Assembly: GCA_016872675.1 (NCBI GenBank)
Contig: VGZG01000010.1
Location: 272 to 64,271, forward strand
Source of the DNA: Planctomycetota bacterium
GTDB lineage: Bacteria > Planctomycetota > UBA1135 > UBA2386
DNA length: 64,000 nucleotides
Reading direction: 5' to 3'
The stretch's first letter is position 1, and each line of letters starts with the position of its first letter. The position numbers were made by a program, and so were the translations under genes. The notes under the pieces are model-generated. The model was not told where the DNA came from. It worked only from the letters and a program-made list of their open reading frames with translations, and did not search any database. Below, in pieces: positions 34,758 through 41,820 of the stretch.

Positions 34758-36290
34758 TCACAAGCCGATCGTGGCCTCGCCGCCGTTGCTCGCCGTGAAG
34801 CCGAAAGGATTGGCCAACAGATCGAGCGCGAAGGCCTGGCAGTAGAGCTTGAACCCGAACAGCAGCGGATCGTTCGGGATCGCCAGCATGTAACTAGCCA
34901 CGCCGGCGCTCCCGCTGATGCTGACCGTCGCGGCCGGATCGACCAGCAGGCTGCAACCCGTCATGCCCAACCCAGTCAGCGACAGCGGCAGCGGCAAGCC
35001 GCCCGTGGCCATGTTGGAGAACCCGAAAGCCATCAGGCCGAAGCTGAGCGGCAGGTTGCCGGCGTCGACGGTGAAGTTGGCGCCGATCCGCGGGCGGTTG
35101 CCGGAGACAAACGGGGCGCCGATCGTGCCGCTGCAGCCCACCCCGAAGTTGGCAAACACGCCGTTCGGCGACGCGTCCTGCCACGCCGTCGTGTACAGGT
35201 TCCACATGTTGCCCAGTTGCACGGTCGACGTCTCCTGGCCACTGACGGCGTCGAAGAACACGAGCTTGCCCGGTCCGCCGACCGTCTGCGCCGTCGAAGT
35301 CACCGCGCCGCGCAGGCCGTCCGGCGACAGCGAGACGGCGTTGGCGTTGGGGATTTGCAGCAAGCTGAAGGTGGTGATGGTCGAGTTCGCCGGCGCGACG
35401 TAGTTGAGGTTGACGCGCAACACGCGCCCGGGCGCTCCGTTGCCGCTGACCAGGGCAAAGCTGCGGTCGGGCGACACCGCCAGCGAGTTAGCGGCGACGA
35501 CACCGAGCGCGAGGTCCTGCTGGCCGATGACGTTGGGCTGGAAGTCGACGAAGGCGTTGGTGGCGCGGTTGAAGACGGCGAGCGAGCTGAAGCCAAAGCC
35601 GGAATACAAAACGTAGCAGTACAACTCGTCGAGCGAGACCTTGCAGTCGAAGGCGAATGCGAATCCGGCGCTGATCGCCGCCGGCATCGGCGCCGAGACG
35701 ACGACCTGCAGGAACGTCGGCGACGCCGGATCGGTGTCGACGATCTGGAACGGGCCGGAGTTGATCGTGCCGTACGGGACGACGGCGAAGTTGCCGCTCG
35801 GCGCCAGGGCCCAGCGCTCGCGGATCGGCCCGCTCAGCGTCGTCGTCTGCGCCACCAGCGTGCCGTAGCCTAGGCTCGCCGGGTCGACGTTGACGCAGTG
35901 CAGCTCGGTCGCCGTCGTCGACGACACCAAGGTCCACAGGCGCTTGCGGCCGGCATCGAGACCAAGCCCGTAGCAGGCGCCCGTCGTGGCGTACAACGAC
36001 GACCACGACATGGCGACGCCGTTCCACGAACCCACGGACACGCGGTTCTGCAGCGTCTGGCCGGCGTACAGCGTACGGCCGGTGTTGGTCCACACGGCGT
36101 CGGAGACGTTGTCGGTGAATGTGGATCCCTGCGCGCTCAGTAGCAACCCTGTGCCGGACTCGGCGAAGGCATGCTGGTCCATCGAACCCGAAGTCGACGA
36201 ACCGACGAACACGACCTCATTGCCGGCTTGGGCGACGGCGGTGTTGGTGGTGACGAGCAGCAGTAGGGCCGCGGCGAATTGCTTGTTCAT
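34758..36290 (-). CDS. Secreted beta-propeller-like repeat protein with the conserved C-terminal module
   Basis: ATG 36290 gives the signal peptide MNKQFAAALLLLVTTNTAVAQA. Beta-strand-rich repeats are present (e.g. LAVSPDRSFALVSGNG, AVSLSPDGLRGAVTS, KLVFFDAVSG). The C-terminal module is GVGCSG...GMTGCSLLV...IPNDPLLFGFKLYCQAFALD. The upstream 215 codons of the track ORF were rejected. Confidence 0.7.
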   Translation of the reverse strand: MNKQFAAALLLLVTTNTAVAQAGNEVVFVGSSTSGSMDQHAFAESGTGLLLSAQGSTFTDNVSDAVWTNTGRTLYAGQTLQNRVSVGSWNGVAMSWSSLYATTGACYGLGLDAGRKRLWTLVSSTTATELHCVNVDPASLGYGTLVAQTTTLSGPIRERWALAPSGNFAVVPYGTINSGPFQIVDTDPASPTFLQVVVSAPMPAAISAGFAFAFDCKVSLDELYCYVLYSGFGFSSLAVFNRATNAFVDFQPNVIGQQDLALGVVAANSLAVSPDRSFALVSGNGAPGRVLRVNLNYVAPANSTITTFSLLQIPNANAVSLSPDGLRGAVTSTAQTVGGPGKLVFFDAVSGQETSTVQLGNMWNLYTTAWQDASPNGVFANFGVGCSGTIGAPFVSGNRPRIGANFTVDAGNLPLSFGLMAFGFSNMATGGLPLPLSLTGLGMTGCSLLVDPAATVSISGSAGVASYMLAIPNDPLLFGFKLYCQAFALDLLANPFGFTASNGGEATIGL

Positions 36291-36771
36291 GGGTGGATAG
36301 AGTGCTAGGGCCAAGCCGCACGCCCGTGCTAGGCCCAGCGGCGGCTCTGCGTAACAGAATAGCGATGAACTGACCTCTGCGATGGATCTGGCTGCCCACA
36401 ATCCGACAATGGCACACGGCGCCCGCGTCGATTGCGTGGGCCGACAGGTCGGGAGCCGTTGGCGTGGCGTTTGGCGCGCTGACGCGCCGATGTGCACCAA
36501 CGGAAGCTGACGTTCGGAGGACCGCCGGCGCCCGGACCGGCGCCCGGACCGCCAAATCCTCTCGGGGAACGAGGAGGCCGGTAGGGCGATGTTGCCCTGC
36601 AGACCGATGCGATACGTCCATCCTCGTGACGTCAGACCCGGACGCATGGATGCAACCTCGGGAAACTCCCCACCCACCTCGCTGCGCCTTCGGTCGCCTC
36701 GCGACACCGCGCCGCGCCAACCCAGGTTCGCATCGTGACGAAGCACCCATGCGGCCGCTACAACGCCCCGC

Positions 36772-38616
36772 ATGCGCCTTGTGCCCGCTCTGCTCCTTGC
36801 GTTGCTTCCTGCGTGCGCCGCTGCACCCGACGCCATCACCATGGCATCCTCGCCGGATCTGCACTCGTTCGCTGAACCGCATCGCGTGCGTTCGCGCCAC
36901 GTCGAACTCGCGCTGACCCTCGATTTCGCGGCCAAGGTCGCGCGGGGCTACGTCGTGCACCATCTGGACCGCCACGACGACACGGCGCCGCTGGTGCTCG
37001 ACAGCGATGGCCTCGACGTGCGCAGCGCCTGCGACCAGAACGGCAAGCCGCTGGCCATCGAACTTGCAAGCCTGCCCGACCCCATCCGCGGCCGGCGCCT
37101 CGCGGTACGACTGCGGCCGGACACGGCGTCCGTCCGCGTCGACTACGCGACCAGCCCCGACGCCGAGGCGATGCAGTGGCTGGAACCCGCGCAGACCGAT
37201 GGCGGCAAGGCGCCGTTCCTGTTCACGCAAGGTCAGGCGATTCTGACGCGTAGCTGGATTCCGCTGCAAGACAGCCCCGCCGTGCGCGTCACCTGGAACG
37301 CGCGCATCCGCGCGCCACAGGGCCTCGTGCCGGTGATGAGCGCGATGACGCGCACCGAATCAGGCGACGAGGTCGCCTTCGACATGCCGAAGGCGGTGCC
37401 GCCCTACCTCATCGCGCTCGCCTGCGGCGACCTCGCCGCGCGGCCGCTGAGTCCCCGATGCGCCGTCTGGGCCGAGCCGTCGATGCTCGACCTCGCCGCC
37501 AGCGAACTCGCCGACACCGAGACGATGGTCACGTCGTGCGAGTCGCTGTTCGGCCCGTACCGCTGGGGCCGCTACGACGTGCTGGTGCTGCCGCCGAGCT
37601 TTCCGTTCGGCGGGATGGAGAACCCGTGCCTCACGTTCGCGACGCCGACGATCCTCGCCGGCGACCGCTCCCTGGTGTCGCTGATCGCGCACGAACTCGC
37701 GCACAGCTGGTCGGGCAACCTCGTGACCAACGCGACATGGCGCGACTTCTGGCTCAACGAAGGCTTCACCGTCTACCTCGAGCAACGCATCATGGAGCGA
37801 GTCTTCGGTCGCGACCGCGCCGCGATGGAGACGAGTCTCGGCATGCAGGAGCTCGCCGACGAGTTGAAGACCCTGCCCGAGTCCGACCAGCGCCTGCACA
37901 TCGACCTCGCCGGCCGCAATCCTGACGACGGCATGACCGGCGTTCCATACCAGAAGGGCGCGGCATTCCTGCGCCGGCTCGAGCAGGCCTTCGGTCGCGA
38001 GCGCGTCGACGCGTTCTTGCGCGGGTGGTTCGACGCGCACGCCTTCCAGAGCGTGACGACGGCGACGTTCCGCGCGTGGCTGCAGCGGGAACTGCTGGAC
38101 CGCGATCCTGCGGCCGCTGCGGCAATCGACGTGACGGCGTGGATCGAGGGCACGGGCCTGCCAGCCGACGCGCCGCAGGCCGCGAGTTCGCTGTTCGCCG
38201 CGGTCGATGATCAGCTCGCGGCATGGCGCGGCGGCGCGAAAGCGACCGCCCTGTCGACCGACGGCTGGGTGACGCAACAGTGGCTGCGCTTTTTGCTCGG
38301 CCTCGGCGCGACCGACGCCGCGCGCCTTGCCGAGCTCGACTCGGCATTCGCCTTCACGCGCTCGGGCAACAGCGAGATCCTCTGCGCCTGGCTGCAGCTC
38401 GCCATCCAATACGGCTACGCGGCGGCGGATCGCCGGCTGGAGTTGTTCCTGATGACCGTCGGCAGACGCAAGTTCCTCAAGCCGCTCTACGAGGCATTGC
38501 TGGCGCAACCGGGCGGCAAGGCGCGGGCGCAGACGATCTACCAGAAGGCGCGGCCGCGCTACCACGCGGTCAGCCAGCGCACCCTCGACGCTATGGTCGG
38601 GGTTCCCGCTCGCTGA
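36772..38616 (+). CDS. M1-family zinc aminopeptidase (leukotriene A4 hydrolase / cold-active aminopeptidase-like)
   Basis: Lipoprotein-like signal MRLVPALLLALLPACAA. GGMENP (GxMEN) and HELAHSWSGNLVTNATWRDFWLNEGFTVYLE (HEXXH-X18-E) are present, with a helical C-terminal LTA4H-like domain. Confidence 0.9.
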   Translation: MRLVPALLLALLPACAAAPDAITMASSPDLHSFAEPHRVRSRHVELALTLDFAAKVARGYVVHHLDRHDDTAPLVLDSDGLDVRSACDQNGKPLAIELASLPDPIRGRRLAVRLRPDTASVRVDYATSPDAEAMQWLEPAQTDGGKAPFLFTQGQAILTRSWIPLQDSPAVRVTWNARIRAPQGLVPVMSAMTRTESGDEVAFDMPKAVPPYLIALACGDLAARPLSPRCAVWAEPSMLDLAASELADTETMVTSCESLFGPYRWGRYDVLVLPPSFPFGGMENPCLTFATPTILAGDRSLVSLIAHELAHSWSGNLVTNATWRDFWLNEGFTVYLEQRIMERVFGRDRAAMETSLGMQELADELKTLPESDQRLHIDLAGRNPDDGMTGVPYQKGAAFLRRLEQAFGRERVDAFLRGWFDAHAFQSVTTATFRAWLQRELLDRDPAAAAAIDVTAWIEGTGLPADAPQAASSLFAAVDDQLAAWRGGAKATALSTDGWVTQQWLRFLLGLGATDAARLAELDSAFAFTRSGNSEILCAWLQLAIQYGYAAADRRLELFLMTVGRRKFLKPLYEALLAQPGGKARAQTIYQKARPRYHAVSQRTLDAMVGVPAR

Positions 38617-38664
38617 CTCCGGCGTTGGCAAGCGGTCGGCGGCTTGCTAGCGTGGCCGCCCGCC

Positions 38665-38820
38665 ATGAACGACTGCAAGCCGCTGATCGATCCGAAGGAA
38701 CTGGTCCCCGCCGGCGTGGGTTTCGCGCTCGGCTTCGTGCTGCTCGGCACCTTCGCGGTGCTCGCCAAGACGATGAACTTGGCGCTGCTGGCCGAGACCT
38801 GGCTGCTGCCGCGCCAGTGA
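38665..38820 (+). CDS. Candidate 51-aa small membrane protein (below the ORF-track length cutoff)
   Basis: Runs from ATG to TGA and encodes MNDCKPLIDPKELVPAGVGFALGFVLLGTFAVLAKTMNLALLAETWLLPRQ. It has one clear hydrophobic helix, and nearly all third positions are G/C, as in real genes here. It starts 48 nt after the aminopeptidase stop. Confidence 0.35.
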   Translation: MNDCKPLIDPKELVPAGVGFALGFVLLGTFAVLAKTMNLALLAETWLLPRQ

Positions 38821-39147
38821 GCCGCGGCGGCGACGCCCGCCAGCGAACGACGCACACGCCGACCGCCGCAAACTCCAGGGGGTCGGCGGAGCCGCGCCCA
38901 CAGCCCAACCAAGGCATCGAACCGTGGCGGGGTTGGCCGCGGTCAAGCAGTGCGCGGCGCCAAGACCGCGAATCCACGCGTCGGTTCGGTGCGTCCCGTG
39001 GCGCAGACTCCTGGCCATGCTGCCATCGGGCGCGCCGCCCAGAGTGCAACTGTCACCGCTCAGCGTGCGAGCCCGCATCGGACCGAGGTCCGACCCGAGC
39101 CCTAACGCTGGCAGGCGCGGTCACGCCACCGGCGAGCGAATCAGGCA

Positions 39148-39166
39148 GCGCGCCAAAGCCGCGCGC
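39148..39166 (-). terminator. GC hairpin just downstream of the RRM gene stop
   Basis: A GCGCGC / GCGCGC 6-bp stem with a 7-nt loop begins 7 nt after the TAA. A moderately U-containing tail follows on the minus strand. This is a weak call. Confidence 0.25.
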
Positions 39167-39172
39167 GACGCA

Positions 39173-39673
39173 TTACCACTCGTCGCCGCCGCCGCCGCCG
39201 CCGCCGTCGTCGCGGCCACCGCCGCCGCGACGCCCGCCGCGATCGCCACCGTAGCCGCCGCGGCCACCGCCGCCGCCACCACCGTAGCCGCCGCGACCGC
39301 CGCCGCCGTAGCCGCCGCGACCACCGCCACCGCCGCCGCCGCCGTAGCCACCGCGGCCACCGCCGCCGTAGCCACCGCGACCGCCGCCGCCACCACCGAA
39401 GCCACCGCGGCCACCGCCGTCCTGGCGGGGCTGGGCCTCATTGACCTTGAGCGGACGACCATCGAGGTCGGCGCCGTTCATGGCCTGGATCGCGTTCTGC
39501 GCGTCCTGGTCGGTCGCCATCTCGACGAACGCGAAGCCGCGCGAGCGACCCGTGTCGCGGTCGAGCATGATCTTGACCTCGGTCACCTGGCGGCCATCGC
39601 CACCGAACGCCGCGCGCAGGGAGTCTTCCGTGGTCTGGAAGGAAAGGTTGCCAACGTACAGTCTCGTACCCAT
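39173..39673 (-). CDS. RRM-type RNA-binding protein with Gly/Arg/Tyr-rich tail
   Basis: RNP2 is LYVGNL and RNP1 is RGFAFVEM. The C-terminal 80 aa consist of GGRGGY/GGGG repeats ending DEW. Confidence 0.9.
   Translation of the reverse strand: MGTRLYVGNLSFQTTEDSLRAAFGGDGRQVTEVKIMLDRDTGRSRGFAFVEMATDQDAQNAIQAMNGADLDGRPLKVNEAQPRQDGGGRGGFGGGGGGRGGYGGGGRGGYGGGGGGGGRGGYGGGGRGGYGGGGGGGRGGYGGDRGGRRGGGGRDDGGGGGGGDEW
39176..39421 (-). repeat. Coding low-complexity tandem repeat (RGG/GGY units) within the RRM gene
   Basis: Imperfect repeated units of GCCGCCGCC/ACCGCC (plus strand) encode (G)nRGGY repeats. They produce Ala/Thr/Val-rich artefactual ORFs in other frames. Confidence 0.8.
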
Positions 39674-39874
39674 CTGACGATCACTTCAGCCCTTGACGGT
39701 CTCGACGCAGCCGCGAAGCAGGGCTTGGCCCATGGCTGCACAACAACTGGGGAAGGCGAGTCTCAACAAGCAACCGGATCGATCGGCAAACCAACCAACC
39801 AAAACGGGCCCGACGAGGTCGCGGACGCCGGGAACGATGCGCGGGCAGCCCGTAGCGCGCAAGGCGACAGAGGG

Positions 39875-39909
39875 AAAAAACGCCAGCGTCCGGCCCGCCG
39901 GCGGGCGTT
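39875..39909 (-). terminator. Terminator-like hairpin followed by T6 (minus strand) in the divergent intergenic region
   Basis: The minus strand reads AACGCC-CG-CCGG-CGGG-CCGG-ACGCT-GGCGTT-TTTT. The outer stem is 6 bp, with inner pairs and a tetraloop. The six-A/T run is very unusual in this GC-rich sequence. It lies about 200 nt upstream of the RRM start and about 60 nt upstream of the Fe-S gene start. Confidence 0.35.
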
Positions 39910-39967
39910 GGTCGTAGCGTGCGCTTACGGCGCCGGTATCGTGCTTCGCCGTCCCCGCTCCCCGCGC

Positions 39968-41491
39968 ATGCAATACGGTTTCGTTCTCGACCAGCGCCGC
40001 TGCATCGGCTGCCACGCCTGTACGGTCGCCTGCAAGTCGGAGAACGAAGTGCCGCTGGGCGACTTCCGCACCTGGGTGAAGTACACGGAAGTCGGCAGTT
40101 TCCCGGCCGTCCGCCGGCACTTCGCCGTCCTGCGCTGCAACCAGTGCACGGCCGCCCCGTGCGTGACGATCTGCCCGGTGACCGCCCTGCACAAGCGGCC
40201 CGACGGCATCGTCGACCTCGACAAGGACGTCTGCATCGGCTGCAAGGCCTGCATGCAAGCCTGCCCGTACGACGCCCTCTACCTCAACGAGGAGTCGGGC
40301 GGCGCTGAGAAGTGCCACTTCTGCGCCCACCGCGTCGAGCAGGGCCTCAAGCCAGCGTGCGAGATCGTCTGCCCCGAGAACGCGATCATCAGCGGCGACG
40401 TGCACGACCCGCACAGCCCGCTCAACCTCGCCCTCGCCGCCGCTGGCGAGCAACCGATGGTCCGGCGACCCGAGCAGGGCACCCGCCCCAACGTCTTCTA
40501 CCTCGGCGCCCATGCCACCAACCTGGAGCCTGGCACGGCGCGCGAGGAGGACCTGTACCTTTGGAGTGACCGCCGACTGCCGAAGCCACCGTTGCCGGCC
40601 AACGATGTCGCGGCGCTGCAGCGCGCCGACGCGCGCGTCGCGCTCGACGTCGACCACAAGGTGCACTGGGGCTGGAAGGTCTCGGCCTACCTCGTCACCA
40701 AGGGCATCTCGGCCGGCGCGGCGCTGTGGGCGCCGTTCGTCGCCTGGATGCCGGCGGCGACGGACCTCGGCCGCAATTGGCTGCCCGAGGCCTTCGCGCT
40801 GCTGTTCCTCGCCGTCACCAACGTGCTGCTCGTCGCCGACCTCAAGCGCCCCAAGCAATTCCTCTCGATCCTGCTGCGGCCAAACACGCGCAGCTGGCTG
40901 GTCAAGGGCGCCTGGGTGCTGATGGCCTTCGGCGGCCTGACAACGGTGATCGTCGGCGCGCGCCTGCTCGGCCTGCACGACCTGGCCGACGGCCTGCGCT
41001 GGACCAATCTCGTCACCGCCTCGCTCGCGGCGGCGTACACGGCGTTCCTGTTCGCCCAGTGCGAGGGCCGCGACCTGTGGCAAAACACGCGCGCGCTGCT
41101 GCCGCACCTGCTGGTCCAGGCGCTCTACCTCGGCGGCGCCGTGCTGCTGCCGTTCGCGCCCGACGCCAAGCTGGCCGTCGCCGTCGCGGTCCTGGCGCTG
41201 CTGCATCACGGCTTCGGCCTGCTCGAGCGCCACGGCCGCCACGCTACGCACAACGCCAGGATGGCGGCAGCGCTGCTGCCCACCGTGCCGGCGTGGCCGG
41301 GCGCCAGGCGCTCGGCGTTCCACCTCGGCCTCGCGACGACCTCGCTCGCAAGCGTGCTGACGATGGTGCTCGTGACCGCAGGCGTCGGCCATCCGGCGGC
41401 GCTGGCCCTGTGCGCCATCGTCGGCTGGGCAGGGCTGTTCCTGTACGAGCAGGCCTACGTGCGGGCCGGGCAGTTGCCGCCGTTGTCCTGA
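39968..41491 (+). CDS. Fused 4x[4Fe-4S] ferredoxin (PsrB/DmsB/NrfC-like) and NrfD/PsrC-like 8-TM quinone-interacting membrane subunit
   Basis: Four Cys clusters are present: CIGCHACTVAC, CNQCTAAPCVTICP, CIGCKACMQACP, CHFCAHRV..ACEIVCP. After a linker come about 8 hydrophobic helices starting WKVSAYLVTKGISAGAALW. ATG 39968 is chosen; the track ORF 5' part overlaps the RRM gene antisense. Confidence 0.85.
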   Translation: MQYGFVLDQRRCIGCHACTVACKSENEVPLGDFRTWVKYTEVGSFPAVRRHFAVLRCNQCTAAPCVTICPVTALHKRPDGIVDLDKDVCIGCKACMQACPYDALYLNEESGGAEKCHFCAHRVEQGLKPACEIVCPENAIISGDVHDPHSPLNLALAAAGEQPMVRRPEQGTRPNVFYLGAHATNLEPGTAREEDLYLWSDRRLPKPPLPANDVAALQRADARVALDVDHKVHWGWKVSAYLVTKGISAGAALWAPFVAWMPAATDLGRNWLPEAFALLFLAVTNVLLVADLKRPKQFLSILLRPNTRSWLVKGAWVLMAFGGLTTVIVGARLLGLHDLADGLRWTNLVTASLAAAYTAFLFAQCEGRDLWQNTRALLPHLLVQALYLGGAVLLPFAPDAKLAVAVAVLALLHHGFGLLERHGRHATHNARMAAALLPTVPAWPGARRSAFHLGLATTSLASVLTMVLVTAGVGHPAALALCAIVGWAGLFLYEQAYVRAGQLPPLS

Positions 41492-41544
41492 GCGCCGGGT
41501 TCGCGATTGCGCCGCGCGCGGCGCCGTTCTAAAGCCGCACGCAG

Positions 41545-41766
41545 ATGGACCCCGCCGCGCTCGATCCGGAACTGGCGACGCGTGTTCGCGCGTGGCTCGC
41601 CGAGGAGCGCGTCGACGCGAGCTACCTCGCCTTCGTCGCGCGCCACGTCGACGCCGACGACGCCGGGTGGCGGTGGTGCTGCAACAGCAGCTGCGATCCC
41701 TGCGTGACGCGCCTGGAGCGCGTCGTCGACCGGCTGCGCGCGGCGCTCGCCGAACGCGCCGGTTGA
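41545..41766 (+). CDS. Small Cys-motif protein (Oxidoreductase-like-domain type, WCCxxxCxxC)
   Basis: The 73-aa ORF lies between the two oxidoreductase subunits. The motif WRWCCNSSCDPCV resembles the CCxxGCxxCV core of the small 'oxidoreductase-like' domain. Third positions are G/C-rich. Confidence 0.5.
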   Translation: MDPAALDPELATRVRAWLAEERVDASYLAFVARHVDADDAGWRWCCNSSCDPCVTRLERVVDRLRAALAERAG

Positions 41767-41820
41767 GGCCTCGCAGGCGTGGACCGGGCCCGCGCGCCCA
41801 CCTACTCTGAGGCGACCGTC

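Noticed and set aside
36291-36935. The N-terminal 215 codons of the 725-aa minus-strand ORF, and other small ORFs in the 36290-36772 gap.
   Set aside because: The translation is Arg/Ser/Gly-rich with no signal or domain, and it overlaps the aminopeptidase start. A classical signal peptide begins at ATG 36290. The short direct repeats there (GTGCTAGG(G)CC x2, GGCGCCCGGACC x2) and a TGACGTCA palindrome are too short to call as functional sites.
38821-39172. A possible tRNA or structured ncRNA in the roughly 350-nt gap downstream of the aminopeptidase/small ORF and the RRM gene.
   Set aside because: Several short GC hairpins exist, but I could find no cloverleaf, T-loop (GGTTCGAATCC-like) or anticodon-arm arrangement on either strand. 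It cannot be supported without covariance-model searches.
39176-39421. A periodic GCC/GCCGCC-rich repeat tract that superficially resembles a repeat array.
   Set aside because: It has no spacer/repeat organisation. It is the in-frame Gly/Arg/Tyr tail of the RRM protein, so it is neither a CRISPR nor a non-coding satellite.
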